Of a DNA stretch of 64,000 bases, positions 18,259-28,222 are shown piece after piece; the first letter of the stretch is position 1; each line of letters begins with the position of its first letter. The notes below the pieces were generated by a model, which worked only from the letters and a program-made list of their open reading frames with translations, ran no database searches and had not been told where the DNA came from. The translations under genes and the position numbers were made by a program. The DNA is taken from sequence record SRR31156797_1106; one strand, given 5' to 3'.

Positions 18259-19563
18259 ATGAGTCAAGACAAAGTGCCTGTACAAGCTTGGATTACTACT
18301 TTCGCGGGTACAGCGATCAACGCCTGCTTGGGTATTCTGTATGCCTGGAGTGTTTGGAAGAAATCTCTGGTAAATACAGAGTTGGCTGGCCAGGCAATGG
18401 AAGGCGTTAACGCTGGTTGGACATATCTTTCAAATGCCCAGGCAGCTACACCGTTTTCTATCTGTATCATATTCTTTACCTTAACCATGATTCCTGGTGG
18501 TAAAATCAGGGATGCCTTTGGTCCGAAATTTGGGGCAACTCTTGGCGGGTTGTTGCTGGCGGCCGGATGTATTATCGCGGGTATGATGAAGAGCTATACC
18601 GGTCTTATGATTGGTTTTGGTGTCTTAGGTGGTGCTGCCATGGGTATCGGCTATGCGTCTCCAACCCCTGCAGCTCTCGCATGGTTCGGAGCACATCGTC
18701 GTGGTGTTATTGCTGGTTTGGTTGTCATGGGCTACGGTGGTGCAGCGCTTTATATTGCACCTCTTGCTCGCTATCTGATTGATAAGTTTGGTATTTCCGG
18801 AAGTTTTATTGCTCTCGGTATATTCTTTGCTGTGGTCGTCATCATAGCCGGTCAGTTGTTGTTGACTCCGCCTGCTGGATACACACCACCAGCCGCTCCG
18901 GTAAAAGAAGGTGCTGTCGCGCCTAAAACAGCTGTTGCAACGAAAAAGAACTGGCAGTGGCAGCAGATGATCAAGACTCCTCAGTATTGGATGCTGCTGA
19001 TCATGTTTATTCTCGCTACCCAGTCCGGTCTGCTCATTATCGGTAACGCTGCTGGCATGCTCGCAAAGAGTGCAAAGGCTATTCCTTTCCTCGCGGCGAA
19101 CGGCTGGATTCTGGCTTCCTACGGCGGTATTATGAATGCTGCCGGTCGTCCATGTACCGGTATCTACTCTGATGGCTGGAGTCGTATGAAAGCATACGCC
19201 CTGAATAGTGGCGTTGCGGCCCTTGCTCTGGCTTGTATGCCGATGATCATGAAGTCTAACAATGTATTCCTGCTGTTTGTCTGTGTGGGTATCGGATACT
19301 GGCAGTATGGTGGCTTGTTGTCCCTGATGCCTTCTTTTATTGCTGACTTCTTTGGTGCCAAAAATCTTGGAATGAACTTTGGTGTGGTTTTCTTTGGCTG
19401 GGGGCTTGGTGCATTCATGCCACGGCTTGCTGGAACCATTCAAGATAAAACCGGTAGCTTGGATACTGCATTTTATCTGTCGGCAGCGCTGCTTATCCTG
19501 TCGGTATTGATTTCTCTTATGTTGAGAAGGCCAGACGATTCTCACATTCCTGCAGATCAGTAA
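18259..19563 (+). CDS. OFA/SLC16-like MFS monocarboxylate transporter
   Basis: About 12 TM helices, GILYAWSV, WF..RRG...G, DFFG.KN.G.NFG; strong GGAGG RBS. Confidence 0.88.
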   Translation: MSQDKVPVQAWITTFAGTAINACLGILYAWSVWKKSLVNTELAGQAMEGVNAGWTYLSNAQAATPFSICIIFFTLTMIPGGKIRDAFGPKFGATLGGLLLAAGCIIAGMMKSYTGLMIGFGVLGGAAMGIGYASPTPAALAWFGAHRRGVIAGLVVMGYGGAALYIAPLARYLIDKFGISGSFIALGIFFAVVVIIAGQLLLTPPAGYTPPAAPVKEGAVAPKTAVATKKNWQWQQMIKTPQYWMLLIMFILATQSGLLIIGNAAGMLAKSAKAIPFLAANGWILASYGGIMNAAGRPCTGIYSDGWSRMKAYALNSGVAALALACMPMIMKSNNVFLLFVCVGIGYWQYGGLLSLMPSFIADFFGAKNLGMNFGVVFFGWGLGAFMPRLAGTIQDKTGSLDTAFYLSAALLILSVLISLMLRRPDDSHIPADQ

Positions 19564-19609
19564 AATCGTAAAGAGAAGAAATGATCTAATTGTTCCTTCT
19601 TAGCAGTTT

Positions 19610-19647
19610 AAGCGTGGGTATGCTCAGCATGCCCGCGCTTTTTTTTT
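19610..19647 (+). terminator. intrinsic terminator after the MFS gene
   Basis: aagcgtgggtatgc/gcatgcccgcgctt stem with T9. Confidence 0.85.
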
Positions 19648-19702
19648 CCTTTTTTGTCGAAGTGGATGTGTCTGCTATTTGTTAAAGATAAGCGAGGTGT
19701 GT

Positions 19703-20083
19703 ATGGATTTGCAGGTTCAGGCAGGAGTCAAAGGGCGAGAATCATTGGTGGTTGAGACGAAGGACACTGCCGCTAACTACGGGAGTGGTCTTGTGGCGGT
19801 GTACGCTACCCCAGCAATGGTAGCTCTTATGGAGAAAACGTGTCTTCAGTCGGTGTTGTCATTCCTCCCTGAAGGGCATGGAACGGTTGGGGTGAAAATT
19901 AATATTTCACACAGCAAGGCAACGCCAGTAGGGATGGAGGTGGTGTGCGAGTCTGAGTTGATTGAAGTTGACCGGAGGAGGCTGGTGTTTGAAGTTGTTG
20001 CCAGGGACGAGGTCGGTGAAATCGGCAGAGGGTTCCACGAGCGTTTCGTTATCGATACGGAAAAGTTTATGGCAAAGTTGTAA
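19703..20083 (+). CDS. FlK-like hotdog-fold thioesterase
   Basis: VYATPAMVALME, TVG...ISH...TPVG, G.HERF; Thr/Glu/His triad positions present; GAGGTG RBS. Confidence 0.88.
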   Translation: MDLQVQAGVKGRESLVVETKDTAANYGSGLVAVYATPAMVALMEKTCLQSVLSFLPEGHGTVGVKINISHSKATPVGMEVVCESELIEVDRRRLVFEVVARDEVGEIGRGFHERFVIDTEKFMAKL

Positions 20084-20197
20084 TTCTGCCTGATATGCCT
20101 TTTTGGGCGCGCCTGGGGTCGGTCGCCTGGCCCAGGGGATGTGTGAAGGAGGGGCTCTCTCCCTGTCTTTTTTATGGTCAGGCAGGGAGGGGGGATG

Positions 20198-20740
20198 TTA
20201 TTTGTCAGGGGTGTTGTACTTATTTAACACGCCGTACAGCATGTCAGGCAAGTCGTCCTGCTGTCTTGAGCTACGCTTGATTTGGACTAGACATTTGTCA
20301 AGAGTGATGCGTTCTCCTAACACAACATGACGCAGTATCAGTGAGATAAGACGAGTGATCGTTGTGAGGTTGGATATTCTAGACTGAAGTCGATGGTCTC
20401 TCTCAAAAGCGGTGGAGGCGAATATTTCCACAGGGTTCCCATTTATCTCGCTCACCGAGAGGTACCATTTGTTGAATTCTCGATCCACTGTCCGATATCG
20501 TTTACCATCCAGTACTTCAGGAAGCTCACCTTCTGAATCAATGACATGGGGATGTGGTTTAAGTAGGATCGGTTCGTTCTGATAGGTTCGCCAGAGATCT
20601 TTAATGATCCCAGGATTTTTCTGCACAGTTTCAAGTATTAAGGTGCAGTTGGAACAGGCTACCTGCCCATCAACGTGCTGGAGTTTTTTGGCAGCGAGAC
20701 CGCATATGTCACAACTTGTTTTTGTATTGGTATCCTTCAC
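20198..20740 (-). CDS. hypothetical protein: CxxC/CxxC Zn-ribbon plus NrdJ C-terminal (TSCPD-like) domain
   Basis: CDIC...CSNC; PEVLDGKRY, WYLSV, PVEIF, TRLISLILR; GTG start with AGGAG RBS. Confidence 0.7.
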   Translation of the reverse strand: MKDTNTKTSCDICGLAAKKLQHVDGQVACSNCTLILETVQKNPGIIKDLWRTYQNEPILLKPHPHVIDSEGELPEVLDGKRYRTVDREFNKWYLSVSEINGNPVEIFASTAFERDHRLQSRISNLTTITRLISLILRHVVLGERITLDKCLVQIKRSSRQQDDLPDMLYGVLNKYNTPDK

Positions 20741-20845
20741 GTTTGCACTCCTGATTTTAGGATGAGATCAGTTTGATCATGGATTCTATACCCTGCCTGT
20801 TTTAAACAGCAAAGAAAAATTATCATTGTTATAGGAAAAGAAATC

Positions 20846-21391
20846 ATGCGGAGTCGTTTTAATCGCCGACAAGATATGCAAACCAGGTATGTTAAAGCAA
20901 GGCGCCGTGGTCTTGCTTATGCGAAATCTGGCGTCCACAATTGTATTGTTATCCTTGACGGACTTAAGCCTGATTTTAATATTGGTAAGATTATTCGTTC
21001 TGCAGATGCATTTGGTATCCGGGAAGTGCACCTGGTGGGGGTAGATTTTTTCGATCCTGAACCGGCTAAGGGTTCCATGCGATGGGTGGTGCTTCATCAA
21101 CACTCAGATTTTAAATCCTGTTATGAGCAAATCTCAGGCCAGGGGTTTGTCTTTTATTGCTTGGAGCCAGAAGCAGACTGTTCACTCGGCAGTGAACCTT
21201 TTCCTGAGAAAACCGCCTTTATAGTTGGTCACGAAGAGTTTGGAGTGAGTTTTGATATTTTGCACTATCCAGCTATCCGTTCACTTGCAATACCGCAATG
21301 GGGTCATGTGCAAAGTCTTAATGCCAGTGTTGCCGCTTCTGTGGCCATGTATGAATATGTCCGTCAGCGCGGAAAGGTGCAGGAAAAATAG
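20846..21391 (+). CDS. TrmH/SpoU-family RNA methyltransferase
   Basis: NIGKIIRSADAFG, IVGHEEFG, IPQWG.VQSLNASVA. Confidence 0.92.
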   Translation: MRSRFNRRQDMQTRYVKARRRGLAYAKSGVHNCIVILDGLKPDFNIGKIIRSADAFGIREVHLVGVDFFDPEPAKGSMRWVVLHQHSDFKSCYEQISGQGFVFYCLEPEADCSLGSEPFPEKTAFIVGHEEFGVSFDILHYPAIRSLAIPQWGHVQSLNASVAASVAMYEYVRQRGKVQEK

Positions 21392-21882
21392 TAGCCGTCT
21401 TGAGTGTAGGGTTGATCCACTCTGGGCTCGTGAAAACACCTTTGTGCAGCGCTGTTAATGGGATGAAAGGGGCTCCTTCTCCAATGCATTTACGTCATTG
21501 CTTAGTTACCGCATAACTGAACATGGGCACATTCAGTTAGAAGCCAAGCAATATCCAAAAGCAGGGTATTTTTCTTTGGGAAAGGGCGGTAGCAGCTGAT
21601 TTGTCACGTCGCAGGTCCATTAATGGGTGTTTATTTTTGTGGATTTGGTGACGGGGCAGGAGGGTGAGCAGTCTTGTCAACAGGGTATCCGTTCTCAGGG
21701 GATACTCGGGTTAAGTTTTCAACCGCGATTTTATCTTGTTATCTGCCTGTTTTTTTCCTGTTGGCAGTTATTTTGCTGGATGTTGTTTTTTTTCTCTTGC
21801 ATCTTGCAACGTTGTTGGTAGAATTTGCAGTTTTGACATTAGCATATGGCGTACTGAATACTTACCTATTTTGAGAGTAAAA

Positions 21883-24693
21883 ATGGAATACAGGGACACA
21901 CTTAACCTGCCGAAAACGAGCTTCAAGATGAAGGCCAACCTTACCCAGAAAGAACCGATGGCGCTTAAGCGTTGGGAAAAGGAAGAGCTTTATAGGAAAT
22001 TGCAGCAGCACGCCGAAGGAAAACCATCATTTATTCTGCACGACGGTCCTCCTTATGCTAATGGCAATATCCATCTTGGAACAGCCTTTAACAAGGTTCT
22101 TAAAGATATAATTTTACGCTCCAAAAGAATGGCTGGCTTTAATGCTCCTTACATTCCCGGCTGGGACTGTCATGGGTTACCCATAGAGCACAATGTGGAT
22201 ATTGAGTTGGGAGCGAAAAAACAGGAGATATCCATCCTCGGGAAAAGGGGAGCCTGTCGCAAATATGCCGGAAAATGGATCAAGACCCAGAAGGCTCAAT
22301 TTAAACGCTTGGGAGTTCTTGGTGACTGGGACGAGCCTTATCTCACCATGAATTTTTCATATGAGGCAGCCATAGCAGCGGAGTTTAACAAATTCCTTCT
22401 TTCCGGTGCTGTGGTACGCTCTAAAAAACCTGTGTACTGGTGTTCTTCGTGTGGAACAGCGCTCGCCGAAGCTGAAGTCGACTATGCTGATCACGCCTCC
22501 CCATCTGTATATGTTAAATTTCCAGTCGAAGAAGACTTGGGCGAAATTGTACCCGAGTTAAGCAATAAAAAGGTTAATGTCCTTATATGGACAACAACGC
22601 CTTGGACCCTGCCGGCAAACCTTGCCGTTGCCTTTCATCCTGATTTTGTCTATGCGGCTGTCGCTGTTGACGACGAGGTCTGGATAATGGCAAAAGAGTT
22701 GGTAGAGCCATGTTTTGAATCGTTTGGCCGAGATGATTACAGTGTTCTTGCCACATTCTCTGCCAAAGGACTTGAAGGGAAAAAATGTCGTCATCCTTTT
22801 TTGGACCGCGACTCGTTAATGGTGTTAGCTAATTATGTTACCACCGAATCGGGTACAGGATGCGTGCATACTGCCCCCGGCCATGGTGCAGATGATTATT
22901 TGACTGGATTGCGTTATGGGCTGGATATCTTATCTCCGGTCAGCGATGATGGTCATTTTACCGAAGAAGCTGGGAAGTATGCAGGCCAGCATGTACCCGG
23001 TGTCAACAGGCAGATAGTCGATGATATGTTGGCCGACGGGGCTATGGTCCAGGAAAAAACTATTCACCACAGTTATCCACACTGCTGGAGATGTAAGAAG
23101 CCTGTTATGTATAGGGCTACGGCACAATGGTTCATCTCCATGGAAAAGCTGAAATTGCGCGAAAAGGCACTTGAGGCAATTCAAAAAGTGAAATGGACAC
23201 CTAGCTGGGGCGAACAGCGTATTTACGGCATGGTGGAATCACGACCTGATTGGTGCCTGTCTCGGCAGCGCTCATGGGGGGTTCCTGTGACTGTGCTCAC
23301 CTGTGAGGACTGCGGTGAAATATTGAGAGATGCCAGCGTTTGTGAAAAAATTGAGCAATTATTTCTGCAAGAAGGTGCCGATGCTTGGTTTAAGCATGAG
23401 GCCGCAGATTTTGTACCTGAAGGTATCCACTGCAGTTGCGGTAGCAGTGTTTTTGCCAAGGAATCAGATATCTTGGATGTCTGGTTTGATTCAGGTACCA
23501 GCCATGCTGCTGTACTGGAGAAGCGTGAAGAGTTGTATTCGCCAGCCGATCTTTACTTGGAAGGGAGTGATCAGCATCGTGGATGGTTTCAGTCCTCTCT
23601 GCTCACTTCTATCGGAACCCGGGAGCGAGCCCCTTACCACGGAGTGCTGACCCATGGGTATGTGGTAGACGGACAGGGGAAGAAAATGTCCAAGTCCGTT
23701 GGTAACGTTGTTGCCCCACAGGAAGTGATTGATCAATACGGGGCAGAGGTTTTACGGCTGTGGGTATCGAGTGAAAACTATCAAGATGATGTTAAGGTTT
23801 CCGATGAAATCTTGAAACAGGTTTCTGATGCTTACCGGAAAATTCGCAATACAATTCGGTTTCTACTAAGTAATATAAATGATTATGACCCGAATATTCA
23901 CCAGGTAGCTCCTGAGCACTACACAGAGCTTGACAGATGGGCGCTTGCAAAGTTTGCAGCCCTAACCAATCGAGTGACCTTGGCCTATGAACGGTATGAA
24001 TTCCATACTGTGTATCATTCCATTTTTAATTTTTGCGGTACTGTTATTTCCAGTATCTATATGGATGTACTTAAAGACAGGTTGTATTGCTCTGCTCCTG
24101 ATGCTGCTGAACGCCGTGCTGCCCAAGCAGTGATATCACGAATTCTTGACGGGCTGCTCCGCCTGATGGCTCCAGTACTTTGTTTTACCGCAGATGAAGC
24201 ATGGGCGAACTACCACTCGTTGCCTCAAAATGGTCCTCTTGAAGAGACCATTAGCTTTACAGAATTTCCTGATGTCCAGGATATCAACCCTGATGAGGAT
24301 ATGCTCACTCGGTGGGATACGTTGTTGGAATTACGTAGCGCAGTGACCAGGGTTCTTGAAAGTGCACGTCGCGAAAAAAATATTGGACTCTCTCTTGATG
24401 CAGAAGTTGTATTGCAGGCAGACGCAGAGCTAAGCTCCTTCCTGCAAAAGCATCAGAAACAATTAATGGAGCTCTGTATAGTTTCTTCTTTGCGATTGTT
24501 GGAAGCGGGAGAAGAAAAAGGTGATTTGCAGTTTGTGGCCGATGAAAATATCAGCGGCCTGCAGATAGCGGTGCAGCCGGCGACCGGAGAAAAATGCGAG
24601 CGTTGTTGGATCGTGTCTCCTACTGTTGGTTCTGATGCGGAGCATCCAGCAATATGTAGCCGTTGCGCAGATGTTGTGCGCTCGCTGGCTTAG
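21883..24693 (+). CDS. ileS: isoleucine--tRNA ligase
   Basis: TLNLPKT, DGPPYANG, GWDCHGLP, WTTTPWT, KMSKS, C-terminal CERC...CSRC Zn finger. Confidence 0.97.
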   Translation: MEYRDTLNLPKTSFKMKANLTQKEPMALKRWEKEELYRKLQQHAEGKPSFILHDGPPYANGNIHLGTAFNKVLKDIILRSKRMAGFNAPYIPGWDCHGLPIEHNVDIELGAKKQEISILGKRGACRKYAGKWIKTQKAQFKRLGVLGDWDEPYLTMNFSYEAAIAAEFNKFLLSGAVVRSKKPVYWCSSCGTALAEAEVDYADHASPSVYVKFPVEEDLGEIVPELSNKKVNVLIWTTTPWTLPANLAVAFHPDFVYAAVAVDDEVWIMAKELVEPCFESFGRDDYSVLATFSAKGLEGKKCRHPFLDRDSLMVLANYVTTESGTGCVHTAPGHGADDYLTGLRYGLDILSPVSDDGHFTEEAGKYAGQHVPGVNRQIVDDMLADGAMVQEKTIHHSYPHCWRCKKPVMYRATAQWFISMEKLKLREKALEAIQKVKWTPSWGEQRIYGMVESRPDWCLSRQRSWGVPVTVLTCEDCGEILRDASVCEKIEQLFLQEGADAWFKHEAADFVPEGIHCSCGSSVFAKESDILDVWFDSGTSHAAVLEKREELYSPADLYLEGSDQHRGWFQSSLLTSIGTRERAPYHGVLTHGYVVDGQGKKMSKSVGNVVAPQEVIDQYGAEVLRLWVSSENYQDDVKVSDEILKQVSDAYRKIRNTIRFLLSNINDYDPNIHQVAPEHYTELDRWALAKFAALTNRVTLAYERYEFHTVYHSIFNFCGTVISSIYMDVLKDRLYCSAPDAAERRAAQAVISRILDGLLRLMAPVLCFTADEAWANYHSLPQNGPLEETISFTEFPDVQDINPDEDMLTRWDTLLELRSAVTRVLESARREKNIGLSLDAEVVLQADAELSSFLQKHQKQLMELCIVSSLRLLEAGEEKGDLQFVADENISGLQIAVQPATGEKCERCWIVSPTVGSDAEHPAICSRCADVVRSLA

Positions 24694-24711
24694 GAAGAGT
24701 AGATTGACGCC

Positions 24712-25188
24712 ATGCGCTCATTAATTGTAGTGTTGTTGGTTGCTGCCTTTGATCAGGTAACTAAAATTTGGATAGTTCAGAATTATGCCCTTTATGAAAC
24801 CCGGGAGATTATTCCGGGATTTTTCAACCTGACCTACCTGACCAATAATGGGGCTGCATTCAGTATGCTGGCAGGTCAGCCAGCATTGTGGCGGCAATTA
24901 TTTTTTATCTGCGCCACGATCATTGCCATGGTCATCATTGTAATTGCCCATCGCAGTTATTCCAGAGAAAGCAAATGGTATAGTATTGCTCTCTCTCTTA
25001 TCGCCGGGGGTGCGATCGGAAACCTCATCGATCGAGTCCGGCTGAGTTACGTTATAGATTTTCTCGATGTGTATGTCGGAACCTCCCACTGGCCCGCATT
25101 TAATGTTGCTGATTCAGCAATTACAGTAGGTGTGATCCTGTTTATTGTTACCAATGTTTTTCTTGAGAGGGCAAAGAAACACACCTAG
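24712..25188 (+). CDS. lspA: lipoprotein signal peptidase II
   Basis: DQVTK, NNGAAFS, GNLIDR, VIDF, FNVAD; follows ileS. Confidence 0.96.
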   Translation: MRSLIVVLLVAAFDQVTKIWIVQNYALYETREIIPGFFNLTYLTNNGAAFSMLAGQPALWRQLFFICATIIAMVIIVIAHRSYSRESKWYSIALSLIAGGAIGNLIDRVRLSYVIDFLDVYVGTSHWPAFNVADSAITVGVILFIVTNVFLERAKKHT

Positions 25189-25209
25189 TAGTGAGTCTTA
25201 GAAGCAGTA

Positions 25210-26157
25210 ATGAAAAAAACAGCTATTTTTTTCCCTGGACAGGGATCACAGTATGTTGGTATGGGGCAGCAGTTTCTCGAGCAGGATCAGGAAGCTTCTG
25301 ATTTATTTCAATTGGGAAGTGAAATGTCTGGTTTCCCGCTCAAGGAGCTCTGTCTTAATGGACCGATTGATGAGTTGACCAGAGTTATACACCTTCAGCC
25401 AGCTTTGACAGTTATTAACCTCCTTTGCTGGCAGCACCTCCTTAAAATGCTCCCCCGTTTTCAACCTGATTACCTTGCTGGCCACAGCCTGGGTGAATAT
25501 TCTGCTTTACATGCGGCAGGTGTCCTTTCAGCAGCTGACACTTTATCTCTGGTGACGAGGCGTGGAGAGTTGATGGAGCGAGAAGGTGCTGCAAATCCAG
25601 GGGGGATGCGCGCTGTTTTAGGCCTTTCCAGTGATACGGTTGAAGCGTTGCTTGGAAATCTTACAGGCCCTGGTGTTGCTGTGGTTGCCAACCATAACAC
25701 CCCCGCACAAGTTGTCATTTCAGGCGATGCACAGGGACTGGATGCCCTGTCTGCGCTCTGTAAGGAAGAGGGCGGGAAGGTGATTCCACTGCAGGTAAGT
25801 GTTGCCAACCATAGTCCCCTTGTTGCCGGTGCTGTTGCTGATTTTGCTGATTTTATGAAGACCATTTCTTTTCAGGTTCCATCTGTGCCTGTTTTTTCCA
25901 ATGTCACTGCAGAGGCGATGGAGTTGCCTGAAGATATTCGATCTGTCATGGCACGGCAAATTGCTTCACCGGTACGCTGGTTTGAAATTGTTGACAAGAT
26001 GGTTGCCGAAGGGGTTGAGGTCTTTGTTGAGCTGGGGCCTAAAACTGTACTTACAGGTATGATGCGAAAAATTTTACCGAGAAAATCAGGGGTAACCTGC
26101 CTTCAGGCGGATACTCCCGATCTTTTGGAAAAGGCCGTTGATGCTATTGCCGGGTGA
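25210..26157 (+). CDS. fabD: malonyl-CoA:ACP transacylase
   Basis: FPGQGSQ, GHSLGEY, VANHS, ELGP. Confidence 0.93.
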   Translation: MKKTAIFFPGQGSQYVGMGQQFLEQDQEASDLFQLGSEMSGFPLKELCLNGPIDELTRVIHLQPALTVINLLCWQHLLKMLPRFQPDYLAGHSLGEYSALHAAGVLSAADTLSLVTRRGELMEREGAANPGGMRAVLGLSSDTVEALLGNLTGPGVAVVANHNTPAQVVISGDAQGLDALSALCKEEGGKVIPLQVSVANHSPLVAGAVADFADFMKTISFQVPSVPVFSNVTAEAMELPEDIRSVMARQIASPVRWFEIVDKMVAEGVEVFVELGPKTVLTGMMRKILPRKSGVTCLQADTPDLLEKAVDAIAG

Positions 26158-26297
26158 TAAAAGCCCGGATCGTCATGGTTTTCTTCCTGCTTGACAAAAG
26201 TTGATCTATGGGGTAGTAGTGTAAAGTTTCCGTTTTCAAAATTTTAATGGCTGCTTTTGGGAAAAAACCAAAAGGGCCGTTTTTCTATAGACAGGAT

Positions 26298-27647
26298 ATG
26301 TTTGAAAATTTAACAGACCGACTTGAAGGTGTATTTAAGAAGCTCCGCGGCCACGGTAAGCTGACTGAAGAAAATATTCAGGAAGCCATGGGGGAGGTGC
26401 GTAAGGCGCTTCTTGAAGCCGATGTCAACTTTAAGGTTGTTAAGGAATTTGTTGCATCCGTTACTGAAAAAGCTGTTGGGCATGATGTCCTGACCAGTCT
26501 TTCTCCAGGTCAACAGGTTGTTAAAATAGTTCATGATGAACTCGTTGAGCTGCTTGGCAGTAAGGCAGAACCACTTCATCTTGATGGACGTCAACCTGTG
26601 GTCATTATGCTTGCAGGGTTACAGGGGTCCGGTAAAACAACCACCGCCGCAAAGTTGGCTAAGCAACTTAAAACGAATGGACGTAAGCCACTACTTGTTC
26701 CCGCTGATGTCTATCGTCCGGCAGCAATAGACCAACTGCAGGTTCTTGGTAAACAGATTGACGTTCCTGTGTTTGGTTCAACTACTGACCAAAAGCCTGT
26801 AGATATAGCGCAAGCTGCCTTGGCAAGTGCCAGGGAAGGGAGTTGCGACACCGTCATTATCGATACTGCTGGTCGGCTCCATGTTGACGAAGCATTGATG
26901 GACGAACTGCGTGGCATCAGTACCGCTGTAGAGATTACTGAAACGCTGTTTGTTGCCGATTCGATGACCGGCCAGGACGCCGTAACCGTTGCCGCCAAAT
27001 TTAACAGTGATCTTGAGATCACCGGTGTGATACTCACCAAGATGGAGGGTGACGCCCGCGGTGGTGCTGCACTGTCTGTTAAAAAGGTAACAGGCAAACC
27101 TATCAAGTTTGTGGGTGTAGGCGAAGCAGTTGATGCGCTGGAAGTTTTTCATCCTGATCGGACTGCCTCAAGAATTCTCGGTATGGGAGATGTTTTATCT
27201 CTAATTGAGAAGGCCGAGGCAGTTGTTGATCAAAAGAAAGCCCAGAAGCTTGCAAAGAAAATACAGAAAAACGAGTTTTCCCTTGAAGATTTCCTAGAAC
27301 AAATTCAGCAGATCAAGAAAATGGGTAATCTTGAACAGCTAATGGGGATGATTCCAGGTATCAATAAGTTGAAGCAGGTGAAGGATGCACCTAAACCTGA
27401 TGAGAAGGAACTTGGTAAGACCGAAGCGATTATTCGGTCAATGACATTTAAGGAAAGGCGTAATCATCGGATCATCAATGCCTCCAGGAGGCAAAGGATA
27501 GCCAAGGGATCCGGTACCTCCGTTGCGGAGGTGAACCGGGTACTGAAAAGCTATACCATGATGTTGAAAATGATGAAAAAAATGAAAGGTAAATCGGTAA
27601 TACGGGGCGGTAAACGTCGTAAAATGCCGAAGGGATTAACCCGGTAG
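26298..27647 (+). CDS. ffh: signal recognition particle protein
   Basis: MFENL, ALLEADV, GLQGSGKTT, DTAGR, GAALS, Met-rich M domain. Confidence 0.97.
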   Translation: MFENLTDRLEGVFKKLRGHGKLTEENIQEAMGEVRKALLEADVNFKVVKEFVASVTEKAVGHDVLTSLSPGQQVVKIVHDELVELLGSKAEPLHLDGRQPVVIMLAGLQGSGKTTTAAKLAKQLKTNGRKPLLVPADVYRPAAIDQLQVLGKQIDVPVFGSTTDQKPVDIAQAALASAREGSCDTVIIDTAGRLHVDEALMDELRGISTAVEITETLFVADSMTGQDAVTVAAKFNSDLEITGVILTKMEGDARGGAALSVKKVTGKPIKFVGVGEAVDALEVFHPDRTASRILGMGDVLSLIEKAEAVVDQKKAQKLAKKIQKNEFSLEDFLEQIQQIKKMGNLEQLMGMIPGINKLKQVKDAPKPDEKELGKTEAIIRSMTFKERRNHRIINASRRQRIAKGSGTSVAEVNRVLKSYTMMLKMMKKMKGKSVIRGGKRRKMPKGLTR

Positions 27648-27731
27648 GTACCAGATTATATATTTTTTTCTCAACAAGCGTTGCTGAACAATTGTTGAGA
27701 TCGTTTTATATCCACAGGAGGATAACTAGCA

Positions 27732-27989
27732 ATGGCAGTACATATTCGATTGACAAGAAAAGGCCGTAAAAAGAAACCATTTTACAGAATAATCGTGGCT
27801 GATAGCCAGGCACCTCGTGACGGTAAGTTTCTGGATATCGTTGGAACGTATGACCCAATGCAGGACCCGGCTGTTGTATCCATTGATAATGAAAAACTTG
27901 ACGGATGGATAAAAAAAGGCGCTAAGCCAACAGTTACCGTGAAAAGCCTGATTAAAAAGAATGCTGCCGAAACAGTTGCTGCTGCATAA
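27732..27989 (+). CDS. rpsP: 30S ribosomal protein S16
   Basis: [22 protein letters not shown]. Confidence 0.97.
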   Translation: MAVHIRLTRKGRKKKPFYRIIVADSQAPRDGKFLDIVGTYDPMQDPAVVSIDNEKLDGWIKKGAKPTVTVKSLIKKNAAETVAAA

Positions 27990-28220
27990 ATGAAAGAAAT
28001 AATCGAATTTATTGCTCAAAGGCTTGTCGATAAGCCCGACGAAGTAAATGTTTCTTTACGTGAAGAAGATGACAATGTCGTTGTCGAACTGCGGGTAGCG
28101 CAGGAAGATTTAGGCAAAGTTATCGGCAAACAAGGTAGAACAGTACGGGCAATGCGTACCGTACTCTCTGCTTCACTTGCCAACGAAGATAAGCGTTCTC
28201 GGCTCGAGATACTAGAATAG
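27990..28220 (+). CDS. khpA: KH-domain RNA-binding protein
   Basis: DLGKVIGKQGRT; conserved position between rpsP and rimM. Confidence 0.9.
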   Translation: MKEIIEFIAQRLVDKPDEVNVSLREEDDNVVVELRVAQEDLGKVIGKQGRTVRAMRTVLSASLANEDKRSRLEILE

Positions 28221-28222
28221 TT

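Noticed and set aside
18625..19545. Long antisense ORFs (also 50868-51605, 51809-52423 and similar)
   Set aside because: Shadow frames of genes with strong codon bias; no motifs or RBS.
21392..21882. T-box leader upstream of ileS
   Set aside because: No GGTGGnACCGCG T-box sequence or specifier stem seen.
22069..22086. IleRS HIGH motif reads HLGT
   Set aside because: Within ordinary variation of class I synthetase motifs; no evidence for altered function.
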